Origin: Octopus sinensis
Lineage: Eukaryota
DNA: 64,000 nt
Assembly: GCF_006345805.1 (NCBI RefSeq)
Contig: NC_043003.1
Span: forward strand, 69,502,001 to 69,566,000
Direction of reading: 5' to 3'
In this document: positions 24,191 to 38,947 of the stretch, piece after piece
How the letters are laid out: the number at the start of each line of letters is the position of its first letter
How positions within the stretch are numbered: position 1 is the first letter of the stretch
Notes under the pieces: generated by a model
Told to the model about the DNA's origin: nothing
Database searches by the model: none
Seen by the model: the letters and a program-made list of their open reading frames with translations, nothing else
Translations under genes and position numbers: made by a program

Positions 24191-27100
24191 GATTTCTTTA
24201 TAATTTGTTATATCTCTTCAAAAATAATTTATACAACTGACCTTGTTGACAAAGTGTTTTGTGTTTACTCAGGTGAAGTGAGTGAGTGTATATCAATCTT
24301 ATGCGCACACATACACACAAACAATATCACGTGATTATTTATGGAATTTTTGGTGGTTTTATTGCTGGTCTATTTTTTCTTTTGATTTTTAGCAGATTAG
24401 GAAGCTTGAAAAGGCTATGAAATACACCAATTCAAGTAGAAGATATTAAAAAGATCTAAATCAAATTTTGAATGCACTGCTAAAGAGTTTACACTTAAAG
24501 TGATTACAAAAACAATACAGAGTAATGATTAAAGAAACTAAATATTTCGACACAACCCACCTCATGAATATGTACTTTTAAGTTCCTCAAGGCAAAAATG
24601 TATTTTAAGTATCTGAATTTGGGTGAATTTCTTTTCTTTTTTCATGAAGGGTTCAGTCAAGTGGATTACCCACCAGTGTTTATTTTATCAGTCTCTTTTG
24701 CTGAACTACAAAGTCATGAGAAAATGGGGACATAAACAAATCAACACTGATCAAGTAGTGGGAGGGAGGACACAAATGGACACAAAAACACACACAATGG
24801 GTTTCCACACAGTTTCCATCTACCAAATCTACTTACAAAGTATTAGTTGGCATAGAACTATAGTAGAAGGCACTCACACAAGGTGCTGTACAGTGGGACT
24901 GAACCTGAAACCATGTGGTTTGCAAAGCAAGCTCTTTAACTACATAGTCAAGCCTGCAACTTTATGCTTGCACACTGATTAATGTAATACCAGTTTCCAA
25001 TTTTGGTACAAAGCCAGGAATTTCAAGGGAGTCAGATAAGTCAACTGCATCAATCCCAGCGCTCAAATGATTCCTATTTTACCGATCCTAAAAAGAGGAA
25101 TTTGAACTCGGAACATAAAGACAACCAAAATGCTGATAAGCATTTTTTCCAGTATGCTAACGATTTTGCCAGCTTGATGAGTGTAATATAAGTGTTTATA
25201 AATATGAGTGCACATGTCCATAAGTATGGTAGAAAAAAAATTTTAAAAAGATATTATATGAGAACACAAAATATCATGGTGCCATTCCCAAAAGTTGATA
25301 TAAATAACTTCTGCAAAAATTGGAACATAAGAGTCACTGCAAACAAGAAAGGAAACGGAATTTTCTGAGAAATGTATGACTAAATTATATGTTAGAAATA
25401 CATGTTACATGGGTTGGCTAAGAGCTACAAGTCAATACAATGAAAAAGTAAAAAAGCAATTATATATTTTCATAGATTCAAATCCATCTCTTAAGTAGTT
25501 TACGAATAAAAGTATACAATTTTCAAACATTGCTGCTGCTAAAAAAATTAAGATAAAAACTTATCTTATATATTTGCTATTACCAATGTAGAAAATGTAA
25601 CTGTTCTCACTATTACAATCTATTTTAACATTTTCTTCCACTTTGGAAAATGTTAAGTGAATCGTCAGAATTTCTTAACAAATACCAGTTAGTTTAGATA
25701 TTGGATTTTAGTAAAATCTCTTTGAAAGTGGTAATTGCTGATTTTCATTGTCTATTCTCAATTCTTATAAATATGAAGAAAAAAAAACTACTAATAACTA
25801 AATCTCAAATTAGAAAAGAAATATAATGAAACTTTTTATTTTCACAAATAGAAAATATTATTTTCTAAACCAAAGATAAAATTCTTTTGAACACTTAATT
25901 GAATGGCACTCCAAAGTAATCTTAGGTTTGAAAACTGAGCAAATGTTATGAACAATAATAAACTTATAGACAACAACAGCAGTAGACATTTCAACTTCAA
26001 AGCTACCTTCAATTTTAATTTATACAATATTTTTCAACCCTCACATTATGTAAGTGAAACTTCTAACATGAAAACTAACAGGAGAATAAAGTAAACCCTT
26101 TTAACCCTATAGAACAGTTTAAGTCATCATCATTTAACATCCCTTTTTCCATGTTGGAATAGGTTGAATGTTTCAACAAGAACCAATGAGTCAAAGGGCT
26201 GTGCCAGGCTCCAATATCTGCTTTGGCATGTTGTTACAGCTGGATGCCCTTCCCTAAAACAAACCACTTCACAGAGTGTACTGAGGGCAGTTTTCGTGAC
26301 ACCAGCAATGGTGAGGTCACCAAATAATCGCAAGACCTCTCAACTGAGTGGAGTATAGTATTGAGGGAGGTGAAAATATGACAGAGGGACAAGACCGGGT
26401 GTCATGTTGAAGAAGCAGAAACATGGCTTCCCCATTGAGACAGAGAGAGATGTGAGATCAAGCTTGAATTGAAAACAAAAAAATCTTTCTACATCAACAA
26501 AAGGAGTTAAAAACCAAAGAACCATCTCCTAAGTCAGGGACTGGGAGCAATTTTAGTACCAGGAGTAAACTGCAAGGAGGGGAGAAATCTGTGCTGAGAA
26601 AAATATGGAATCTTTGATTTACTGGCACATAAAAAGCACCATTCAAGTATGGCCAATGCCAGTGCCACCTGACTGGCATGTAAAAAGCACCCACTACACT
26701 CTTGGAAAAGGCATTCAGCTGTAGAAACCTTGCCAAATCAGAGTGGAGTCTGGTGCAGCCTCATGGCTTGTCAGTTTACAATCAAACTGTCCAACCCATG
26801 CCAGCATGGAAAGCAGATATTAAACAACGATGATGATGATGATGATGATGATGAGACATGCAACTTAAATTACTGATCAGTTTTTAAGACTAAAATATAA
26901 TTTTTTTTTTTTTTTAGTTTTTAGAGATTTTGTTAGAAGAACATTGGTTCTCAATTGGAGTCCAAATGGCCCTTCAGGGTTCATATGAGATTTTCATGTT
27001 TAAATTTATCTGCAATAAATTGGTTAAACTTCTGCATTACAGAAAATACTTTTAATCTTTTTATACAATTCGTAATAATATTTAATTATAAAGATATTAA

Positions 27101-27709
27101 AGGATTTCTTTTTAAACATCGAACGACTATGGGGTTCCAGGAGAATAAAATAATCAAAAGGGGTCCATAGGGAGAAAAAGGGTTGAGAAACACTGTAGTG
27201 ATTAGTTGTAGGGTTAAACAATCATTGAAGCGTTCCCCATCCTTGCTCTCAGTAGTTACCTGACTTGCTGAAAATAACAGCCAATATTCCTTAAATCAGA
27301 TCCTACCATTATAAGAAAAAAATAAGGATGCTTTGACCAACACCATCTCAGATTCACTATGTCTGGAAATAAGATGGTCCTGGATGGACTGTCTGATCGT
27401 AAGCTAGAGCTATAAGGGCTGACATGGGGTTAAATACAAATAGAGTTAGAAATCCCCATAAACAGATCTATACCCTTCCCCATTTGTAATAAAAGTTCTG
27501 CCAAGTAATTCCAATGAGATTCTGCAACATACCACACATCGGTAGGAGTTCATGATTTATATTTAGAAAAGGAAAAAAAGTTTCATTTCACACTTAGAAC
27601 CAAATGTCAGCCTTTCCTCAAATTACAATTAAAATAAGACAAAATAAATTTTAGTTTTGAGATATTCACATCTATTTCTGCTTAGAAATGCATTATTTTT
27701 AAATTTATT

Positions 27710-28085
27710 CTTTTACTCTTTTACTTGTTTCAATCATTTGACTGTGGCCATGCTGGAGCACCGACTTTAGTCGAGCAAATCAACCCCAGGACTTATTCTT
27801 TGTAAGCCTAGTACTTATTCTATCGGGTTCTTTTGCCAAACCGCTGAGTTACGGGGACATAAACACACTACCATCAGTTGTCAAGCGATGTTGGGGGGAT
27901 AAACACAGACACACACATATACATACGAGGGGCTTCTTTCAGTTTCCGTTTACCAAATCCACTCACAAGGCTTTGGTCGGCCCAAGGCTATAGTAGAAGA
28001 CACTTGCTCAAGGTACCACTCAGTGGGAATGAACCCGGAACCATGTGGTTGGTAAGTAAGCTACTTACCACATAGCCACTCCTGT
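27710..28085 (-). mobile_element. Well-preserved minus-strand copy of SINE family A
   Basis: Reverse complement of the family A consensus along its whole length, with many CpGs retained. Confidence 0.85.
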
Positions 28086-30830
28086 TTCTGCTTTTTTTTG
28101 TTGTTTTTTTTTGTTTTTGTTTTTTTAGTACAGTCATGCTAGGGTCCCTCCTTGAAAGGTTTAATTGAACTAATTGGCCCCAGGACTTGCATTTTAAGTC
28201 TAGTACTTATTCTCACTTCCCTTTTGCTGACCCACTAAGTTATGGGGATGTAAACAAACCAACAAAGGTGGGCAAGCAGGAGTGGGCGGACAAACACAAA
28301 CACAGATATACAATGCACTTCAACATAGTTTCCATCTACCAAATTCACTTACAAGGCATCAGTCAGTCTGAAGTTTTAAAAGATACTTGCCCATGGTGCC
28401 AGGCAGTGGGACTGAAACCAACAGCACAGCACTTTGGGTAAGTGTCATATGGCATTTGTATACATTTTTACCAAAATAACTAATTTTTAAAAGTACTAAG
28501 GCTGCTCTTCTTACAGACTAAGGACTAAGTAGATTCATTTAAATGCCTCAAATGAAAATATTTTAATAGTTGTTCTTCAGGAGCGTGAACACAGAGTTTT
28601 AAGCTAAATGGAAGGAAAGGAACAGCAGAATGTTAGAATTCTTTTCTACTCTAGGTAAAAGGCTCAGAATTTTTGGGGAGATGGGGGTCAGTCGATTAAA
28701 TCAACCCCAGTACACTACTGGTACCCGATTTATCGACCCCGAAAGAATGAAAGGCAAAGTCGACCTCAGTGGAATTTGAACTCAGAATGTAAAGGCAGAT
28801 GAAATACCGCTAGGTATTTTGCCCGGCCTGCTAAGATTTCTAGCAGCTCACTGCCTTGCAGAATGTTAAAATTATAAACCAATTTACAGTATTGAATATG
28901 GTAATGTTACAATAAGAAATTAATTATTCATACCAATGTTATGGATTTGTGGAAATACTTGAAAGCATACATCCTGTTTACTAAATACATAGGTAGTAAG
29001 GCATCACATGTGTAGTATAGCAACTGAACTCAAACATTGTTATTCATGTAATTAGTAAACAAAAACTTCCTTTTAAAAATATAAAAACAATAACCAAGGG
29101 AAATAACCACAATATCAGACAACTGAAAGCCATGAACAAAGTTATTTACTCTGTCTGTCTGTCTCTCTCTCTGTGTTTGTGTTTGTGTGCTGTATAGATG
29201 TGGACAAGACTATGTGGTTCACATGGTTAGCTCACTTCCAAAGTATCAGATTATGGGCTCAGTCCCACTGTGTGGAAGCAGTTGGCTGGTGCCCTCTACT
29301 GCAGCCACATGTTGTCCAATACCTTGGAAGTGAAACCGATAAAGAAAACGACTAAGATGCCTGTTGTGTGCATGCGTGTGCTCTCATGTTGACATGTGAA
29401 TGCTCATTATAAACAAAAGCCTCTCTATTCATACAAATGGATTTGCTTGTTTGCAGTCCTCCACGAAAGCATGTTTGGACTGTTCATTGATAAGAAAGGG
29501 ATAATACAGCCACGCTAAGAAGCCGTAATGATTTGGCATCAGAAAAAATATCCAACCATAGAAAATTCTGACTCTACATAGTCTTATCTGACGCAGGAAA
29601 ACATGGAAAAGTAGATGCTAAGAAGAGGATAATGATAACAGATTGAATGTACTGATGTACTGATTATATCGGTCTTGCCACCTAGTATGAGATGTTTTGG
29701 CATCCCTGACTGATACTGGCTTATTTGACATGACATTTTAATGTCTCTGTCTCTCTCTCTGAGCATCTATTTATGCTGGTATCTATGCATAATATCTTCC
29801 TCTCTATCAGACTATCTGTATTGTGTATACTTCTGCATGCCTGTGCATGTATTTGCCTCCAGTTCAGTGCCAAACCATGCTGTCATCAAAATAGGTTGAA
29901 TTTCCAGTCAGTCACGACAAATCATCAGCATCCCAGGGGTCACATTCATCTTATTTTACTTACTGATCTCTATGTGCTTTCATGAGGAAATCCTAAACTG
30001 AAACATGGAACATGTCAGTTGCTTTCACATTTTGTCTTCAAAGAGAAGATTTACTCTTATCAGTGTCAACATTATTTTCCAAAAATTCTAGTTGGCTGTT
30101 ATTGAAGTTATCTCTGGGTTGTAATTTTTAGATTTAAACACCAAGAAGTTGTATAAGTGTACAAAAAGTAAAGACAACCTAAGTTAATTGAAAGTTTTCA
30201 ACACCCTGTTAATAATGGATATAGTCACTTGCTATTGTTACAAACTGGCTTTGTCATTCAATCAAGCTGATTAAAGAGTCTATAAGTGATTCCTAGAAAC
30301 AGTAGCCCAATCACCCACAAATCACTTTAGCATCTTATAGAAAAACAGAATTCATTAGACAATTTAGTCCTACAGATCGTTGCCAGCGTCGCCTTACTGG
30401 CACATGTGCTGGTGGCATGTGAAAAACAACATTCGAGCGTGATTGTTGCCAGTGCCGCCAGACTAGCTCCCGTGCCCATGGCACATAAAGAACACCTTTT
30501 GAGCATGGTCATTGCCAGTACCGCCTGACTGGCCCTTGTGCCAGTGACATGTAAAAGCACCCACTACACTCTTGGAGTGATTGGCATTAGGAAGGGCATC
30601 CTGCTGTAGAAACTTTGCCAGATCAGACTGGAGCTTGGTGCAGCCTTCTGGCTTGCCAGTTTTCAGTCAAACCATCCAACCCATGCCAGCATGGAAGGCG
30701 GGTGTTAAACGACGATGATGATGATGATATCCCCCCCAAAAGGATGGGATGTTCATGGCTGGAAACACTTTAATCAAAGATCTGCTTGATCAGCACTGTA
30801 GAGGAGCGAAACATCTTGTCATTCATTTAA

Positions 30831-31054
30831 CCCTTTAACATTCAGATAACTTTGTCAATTGTAGTGCTTATTTATTTATATTTTTGCTTTTAATTAACTA
30901 ACCAAGGATTATCTCATACCTTTCAGATTTCGATGATGTGATTGTTTATTTTAAGGACAACATTGTAAAGTATGTGTGAGGGACTGGATCTGGTCAGTTT
31001 GAACATGAAACAGAATACTTCAGCCAGATATGGACCACTTTAAATGCTAAAGAG
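30831..31054. mobile_element. piggyBac-type MITE (family L). Copies at about 4910-5924 (interrupted twice), 11720-11885, 36900-37113(-), 60677-61091(-, interrupted)
   Basis: TTAA|ccctttaacattcagat...aaatgctaaagag|TTAA. Confidence 0.7.
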
Positions 31055-34000
31055 TTAAAATATTTGTAGTAGAAAATGAAGGAGTGTGCAGAGATGGCAA
31101 CCAATAATAAATTATGCATTAGTTTTCCAGTGTTTTATCTGAACCAACAGAAAAAGGATTTGTCCAGTTCTACAGGATACAATAAATGAAGAGTAGTTAA
31201 ACAGCATGTGGTCTGAAATTACAAGTTTGATATAGAACAGGAATTCAAGCATAGAATACAACAGGTTTTAATTTACAACATCAAGGCAAAGTTTACATCA
31301 ATGCTTATGGGACGTGCATACATCTGCTTGTGTTTCACTAAGTCGATTGAGTAAATTGTGCTACATAAAAAAAAGTATTTTTATCATAATTGTCGTGGAC
31401 AATTTTGTGCTTCATTCAACTGAAACATATCAAGGTGAGAGATGGTGTCAGAGAACATAAAATTATGTCAACGTCCTTGAGTTAACATTTCATTTAAATT
31501 CTACAGGTACACGGGGGGGGGGGGGGGGTGACAGTAGATTATGGTACATGTTAGGAATGTGTGAAAGAAAAAAAGTTAACATGGGGCATTTTTGAACTGA
31601 CAAACATAGAAAATGACAAATGAGCTCTCATTCAGTTTATGATTAAAAACAGCCAAAAAGAAGCAGATTCTGTTTATGTTGCTGTCTTCTCAAAGCCTAC
31701 AGAAAACAAAATCTCAAAATATCAGTCATTCAAACTTGTCTAATGTCCAGTAAAAGAGAAAAGGAAAGCTTATATGGTCAAAACAGTCAGCAGATCACTG
31801 GCCTCGGTCAACTCAAGGTTATTGTTTAAAGATACTTTCTCATAGTACCTTGCAAACCCAAAGCAGCATGCTTACAAAGAAGTCTTAAAACCATAAAGCC
31901 ATGCCAATATTTGTTTACTTTACCCCCAAGAGACAAGAGAAAAACAATTAATAAACATAAAATTATCAAATTTCTTAATTAGGCATAAAGTTTTTTGGTT
32001 TTTTTCGCAAGCCCTCGGATTCATAAGGTTGATTACCTGGTTCCCATGGTGTATAAGTGACCAAAATCACAACATTCCCCCCCCCCAAATGGAATGCTGG
32101 TCAAAGGGTCCATCATCATCCTTTAACATCTGTTTTCCATGCTGGCATGGGTTTAGCAATTCTGAAGGGAGGGGGCAAATCAATAACATCAACCCCAGTA
32201 AAAGACTGGTACTTTTTCAACCCAGAAGGGACGAAAGCAAAGCTGACTTCCATGAGACTTGAGCTAAGAATATAAAAAAACGGAAAGAAATACTGCTAAG
32301 CATCTTGTCTTATGTGCTAATGATTCCACCAGCTCATCACCTTGGCAAAGCTATATGAATATAGATTGAAAATGTGTCACAAGAAACAGTCATATATCTA
32401 TTGTATGATACAAATTCACACTCCACACAACCGCTTACCTTCTTAGTTATTATAGCTTTCAAATAACAATTATTAATAATCAGCCATTGACAACCTAATT
32501 ATACTCAATTATTAAGTTATTAGCATGTTGCTAATCAATTTCATTATCAACTTTATTTTTCAAAATCTCTCTACTCAGTACCAATATCTTTACACTGTTC
32601 TCAAAGCTATATCACAGTAGCTGTTACATTCTTTTGAGTAACGTCAGGATACAAAGGTATCTATTTACACCAAGATACCAATACCAACTATATATTTATA
32701 TCAATAAATTATACGATTACAATGTGCAATGAATCACCAATAGTAATTATGATACTATGATAATCAAGAAGAAATAACCACCTTTGCAACAGCCGTTAAA
32801 AACCTATTGTTAGTAGCAATCAGTAACCCCAATTTACATTTTTTTGTTTTTTGTATTTTTTGTTTACAGTAGAACAATCAATCTTGGAAGTACAAATAGA
32901 AAACATGTTTCATTTAGTATGAAGCAATGGAATGTCAGTGAGCCAGTGCATATGGGATCTGACTAAAAATGGTACAAAACCAATACTTGGCCTAAATCTC
33001 ATAACTGTCAACACGAGTCAAACAAGAAACATTATTTTTGAGATTACATACCAGTAGTGCTCGGCTGTACCTCAACAACCCATTTCACCAACTGGCGTTT
33101 TGTAAAAGGCACTGTCTCCTCCTGCTTTGCAACAAAGAAAAAAAAAAAACCAGTAAATTTTGCAGTGGCATATCTTCTTTCTTTTACTGCTTGATTTCCC
33201 TTAAATCACATTCTACTATCCTAAAAAGGATGACGTCTAAGACTTCAGTGGATAACATAGCACTATGTACACTAAAAGAAGATAGACTGGTAATGACTGG
33301 TACATTTTGGAACTTCAATTTGCTCAATCAGGACAGAACTAGAGCTATACAACAACACTCAGACATTAAAAAATTGAACTTTTTGACACATACTAACACA
33401 CGCACACATTTCAAATACACATGCCTGGCTGTGTGGTTAAGAAGTTTGCTTCCCAACCACATGGCTTTGGGTTCAGTCTCATGTGTGGCATCTTGGGCCA
33501 GTGACTTTGTTATAGCCCAAGGTTGACCAAAACCTTGCAAGTGGATTTCATAAACTGAAAGAAGCCCATACACATCAGTATGCATGTTGACTGCTTGACA
33601 ACCACCAAGTTTACATCCTCATAACTTACCAGTCAGTAGTGTAGAGACTGATAGAATAAGTATCAAGCTTTAAAGAAAAAGTAATGGAGATTGATTTGTT
33701 TGACTAAAACCCCTTATGTCTTTACCTGAAACAAGTAAAGACATAAATCAAACTCAGTTTTAATATATTAGCAACCAAGAGATCAGAGATTGATTAACTG
33801 TTCAGAGGTTTGATGGCTTACATAAGCACTGAGATTGACATGACTATGTCAATTAAATTGGGACTAAGCCTGGCTGAAAAAAATTTTAAAGTCACAATCA
33901 TTCTGCCCCTGCCTCCACCCCCTCCTGCTACAATCCAAGTCTATTTACAACTGAACTAATCAAAGTAAATCAACAAACAACAGTATTAGTAGCAAGTTTA

Positions 34001-37000
34001 TTTTAAAGCTTAATGCAACCCAACATCATTTGAAGCCAAACAATAACAATAGGAATTAAAGATAGATTCCAATAAAGACCAACAAAGCAGTCTTGGGTTG
34101 AATCCCACTCTGTGGCACCTAGGACAAGTGCTTCTGGTTTAGTCCTGTGCTGACTAAAGCTTTGTGAGTGGATGTGGGTTGATTTGTTTGACTTATTAGA
34201 AAATTACTATTTGTAAATCTCACAATGAGAGATATTCAGCAACAGTATTTTGGAGTAAAGCTTATTTGCCAACATAACATGGCAGCCTTGTTTAGGAATC
34301 TCTCTTGTGATATTTGCAAATAGTAATTTTCTAATTTATAGATCAGTGACTAGTTGTCACTATGAAAACTATATATTTCGAATGGGAATTTGGCAGCACC
34401 ACCTCTAGCCGAACAATTATTCAGTACTGATGAAGGGAAATAACCCGAAAATCGTGATACACAGATAATGATTTGAGCTGAACTGGGGTGTTAGATTCCC
34501 TTGTTCGAAAATATAAGGACACAGATCATGTCGTATAGCCAGCTGGAGATGATATCTCCTGGGGCTAAATTACAGCAACATTCATCCTAAACCAGGAGTG
34601 CCATGTTATGTTGGTAAATAATCTTTACTTGTTTGACTAAAACTCTTCAACGTGGTGCCCCAGCATGACCACCACAGTCCAACAACTGACACAACCATGA
34701 TAAAAAAAATCCTTTTTATGTACATTAATGTACACTAATGACATTTTAAAATTAATATTCATATTTTTCTCAATTTGTTTTGTTGTTTATTTATATTTTT
34801 GCTTTTTAGGGAAGTGTATGGTTTTATATTTTCAATGTTTTTGAAAATACTGTTATTATGCAGGGAAAGAGAGTAGATAAAATATATGTTTAACAATCTA
34901 CCTTCACTTTAATTTATTGAAGGTTAAAAAATAAAACTAACGACTGAAAAACTGAAATGAATGATATAGATAATATTGATTTTAACGTAACAAATATGAA
35001 GAGGGAAGTACATTTATTTTAATGCCGATACAAAATGTAAATCAAACGCAGATTTTACATGCAACTGCAGTATATCGATCTAGTGCATACTGAATTTAAA
35101 TATCCTTAAAGATGAAATGTTCTTTAATGTGAATAGCTAATACAAATGAGATGTGTGAATTTTTAGTTCAATAACATTGAAAAATTACCAACATCACAAG
35201 AGGATAATATCTAATGTGAGACAGTAACAAAATGCATTAGAGACAAGGTATTAGTTAATTAAAAAGAAAAAAATGGATTGGTGAAGAGGGGGAATTAAAC
35301 AGTCACAAAATGGTGGTGGTTGATCAATGTTGGATCGAACATCTTTGGGAAGTTGAATAGATGAGAAAAATTTTACACTGGAAGAGAAATTAATTTGTAA
35401 TGAAAGAGAAAAGATCAACAATGTTGAAAATAGATTATGTAAAAATTTCCAAAACAAAAGAGTGTTTGATTAAAACAAAAAACAGGTTTTGTTATTGGAT
35501 CAAATCTAGATAATTTTTCTAATTACGGGATGATGTAACAATTAAGTGAATGACCCTTAATTGCTTCATAATATTAATGATATCACTGTTATTTTCACAT
35601 AAAAGTTATGAAATAACTAATAACAGAAAGATTTTATGGAAGCTTTATTGCAATTAAACAGTAATATTTTACTAGTTTTATTGCAATTAAAAGTTTATAT
35701 GACATCGTTAGAATTCTAAGAGCTATATAACATATTGATGGTAGACTAATGAATAAATGGTTCATCATACTAAATATCTAATTCCAGATACTAACCAAAA
35801 AAAAGACAAGATTAGTTGGAGTAAAACATTGTAAGAATTAGAATTACAGAGATTTATTTATTCCTCTAAGATCGGAATCAACATAAAGTGATCATCATCA
35901 TTGTTTAACGTCCACTTTCCATGCTGGCATGAGTTGGACAGTTTGATTGAGGTCTGGAGAGCCAGAAGGCTGCACCAGGCTCCAATCCAATCTGGCATGG
36001 TTTCTACAGCTGGATGCCCTTCCTAATGCCAACCACTCTGAGAGTGTAGTGGATGCTTTTTATGTGCCACTGTTACAGGAGCCAGTCAGACAGGCCTGGC
36101 ATCGATCACATTTGGATAGTGCTTTTTACATACCATGGGCACAGGGGCTAGTCAGGGGTACTGGCATCGGCTACGTTCAGATGGTGCTTTTTATATGCCA
36201 CTGGCACACGTGCCAGTCAGGCGGACCTAGCATCAACCACGTTTGGATGGTGCTTTTTACGTGCCACCGGCACAGGAGTCTGTTAGGGGGCACTGGTCAC
36301 AGCTCCGATATTGGTTTTACTTGACTCAACAGGTCTTCTCAAACATAACATATCACCCAACACATCAGGGGTACTCTTAACTGGGCCAGACATGTGTGGC
36401 TACAATCTCATTTTACTTGCCAAGCCTTTTAATTTCACAGCCTATCTCCAAAGGTCTGAGTCTCCTGTCACATAGCAATATAATCAGCATATCATCTCAA
36501 CTCATACATTTTTTTCCCCCTATTTACCACAATTTTCTAGCATAATTAGAAATCCCAACACAATCATGCAAAAGCATAATAGTAATGAGTTGCGAAATTT
36601 GTATCAGTCTGACTGTCAATTTGTATAATTGAATAAAGAGTACAAATACAAATGTCATCGACAGCAAATTAAGACAATCAACCACTAATATCACTAAGGA
36701 GAACAAAACAAATAAATACAAAGGTTTATTAAATCAAGGTTAAACATGAAGTTAATTGGTATGTATGAAAGTAAAATAAATTGTAATTAATTACTATGTA
36801 ACTAATTTGTATACAATTCATGTGTTTTATTATAAAAAGTAGAATAAATGACTTTATTTGAGAAGTATTAGTGGCAATCATGTCACTGCTATTATAAATA
36901 CTTGAACCTATTAGCATTTATACTGGCTGTACATGGCCCAAATATTCTGTTTTATGTGCAGAATGGCCAGATATGGCCTCTCACACATACTCTACAAAAA

Positions 37001-37841
37001 TAAACAATCACATCATAGAAATCTCAAAGCTACAGGATGACATGTGATCATTTAAAAAACATGAATAGATAAGGATTACATTTGACAGAGTAATCTGAAT
37101 GCTAAAGGGATTAATGTCATTGGAAATCAATCTGTCATTATTGAAGACAAAATTCCATCCAATCCATGCAAAAATGGAAAAGTGGAGGTTAAAATGATGG
37201 TGATGATATTAAAGTGTATGGGAGGCTTTGCTGATATCCATGACATTTTTGCCAAAGTTCTCAGGCATGAAAGACCACTGAAGCATGATGTACTGCAACA
37301 AATCTTCAATATATCTGGTTCTACAGAGACTATGCCAGTGGCTAGAATCATAACAGGCTGAAGATGATGAAAGGTGTTGTTTATAGCTATTTCCAATGCT
37401 TTTGAGATGGTGAAGGTGAATGGAATACAAGGTATGATGTTTTCACAAAGTAAGTACAGGTGTGCTAAGAAGTTTGCTTCCCAATCACATGGTTTCAAGC
37501 ATCTTCTACTATAGTGTCAGGCTGATCAAATCCTTGTCAAGGAATGTGGTAGATAGAAACTGAAAGAAGCCCATCATGTGCGTGTGTCTTTGCCATGACA
37601 GTGAGTGGGTGTCACTGTCATGCCTAGTGAAGTCCTTTGCTTCTGATGTTCCATGAAAACATGGAGAAATATTACCTTCCTTGGAAACAAGTGAAGGTCA
37701 ACAACAGGAAGGGCATTCGGTTGTAGAAAACCTGCCTCAATGAATACCCTACAACCTATGCAATCATGGAAACAATAATGATGACAGTCATAAGTAGAGA
37801 AAGAGTGAAAAATTTGGTAAATATAAAAATGAGCTCTAGAG

Positions 37842-38676
37842 CAGTGCTTCTCAAACATGGCATACCAACAGTTTTTTTGTTTTTTTTCCCAATGTGCCAG
37901 GGACCAGTAATATTTCATAGTAATATATATTTATACCGGAAACAATAGACAAGGGTGAGTGAAAAAGTAATGCCATTTTGTATAGGACAGATATACTTAC
38001 CAACACAGGAACATGTATCATACATCAAAATGAAGCTGGTTCTCTGTGGATCACATCCTTACTTCTCAACAGAGTCACCGTTTCTCTCAATAGTAATGTT
38101 CCACCTTCAGATGAGAGCATGTATCCCTGCCCCGTAAAATTCTGTTTGTTCTTTGAGCTACTTCTTCACTACCTCCACACTCACCCGATTTAGCGCCTTC
38201 AGACTATCATCTCTTCGGCCCCATGAAAGAGGGTTTGAGAGATAAACATTATTCCAGGGATGAGGAAGTGAAAACTGTAGTGAAGAAGTGGCTCAAAGAA
38301 CAGTCAACAGAATTTTACGGGGCAGGAATGCATGCTCTCATTCAAAGATGGAACATTGCTATTGAGAGAGACGATGACTAAGTTGAAAAGTAGGGATGTA
38401 ATCCACAGAGGACCAGCTTCATTTTGATGTATGATACATATTCCTGTGTTGGTAATTATACCTGTCCTAAACAAAATGGCATTACTTTTTGACTCACCCT
38501 CATATATAATGAAAATAAAAGTTGACAAATTTTTTTATCTTCTATTCATTTTGTAAACAAATAATACAATATTACATAAGAATTTTATTATGTTTCTTTC
38601 TTTTCTGGAAACTCGTCGTGTACCGGCAGCTGATGGCTTGTGGCCCAGCACTGGTCCACCACTTTGAGTAGCACTG
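37842..38676. mobile_element. Second copy of that hAT MITE in reverse orientation, interrupted by the mariner fold-back
   Basis: cagtgcttctcaaa...tttgagtagcactg; 8-bp flanks ctctagag / ctctagcg (7/8 match, Charlie-type NTCTAGAN). Confidence 0.75.
37950..38502. mobile_element. Mariner-derived fold-back MITE with ~220-bp inverted arms carrying the transposase C-terminus
   Basis: Termini match (c)gagggtgagtcaaaaagtaatgcc. The plus strand encodes DLAPSDYHLFGPMKEGLRDKHYSRDEEVKTVVKKWLKEQSTEFYGAGMHALIQRWNIAIERDDD*VEK* (mariner SPDLAPSDYHLF motif). Confidence 0.85.
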
Positions 38677-38947
38677 CTCTAGCGCTCATAAATTCAGATA
38701 AAATGAAGAAACACTACCCGACCAGCATTACTATTGGGTTGGAAAATCAAGAATTTTTTGCATTTGAATTGCCATTATCAATACAAACTACAGATTCACA
38801 GACAGAGAAATCAAATTTGATTGTAAAGTAAAACAAAAATGTTTCTACAAAGACAAAAAACAATTATAAGCCTAGAGAGCCGAAATCAACCAGTAAGCTT
38901 GAGTAGCTATCCCTCCAGCTCAATATATCAGCCATACTTCCCTCAGT

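Noticed and set aside
25842-26027. 61-aa ORF with a signal-peptide-like hydrophobic run
   Set aside because: T-rich DNA yields Leu/Phe/Ile runs by default; no other support.
31512-31530. Poly-G run (also near 53130) and a 16-bp palindrome near 20506
   Set aside because: Simple sequence with no supporting context.
33038-33526. 162-aa plus-strand ORF
   Set aside because: No recognisable domain, runs through poly-A and into a SINE; the exon-like signal here is on the opposite strand.
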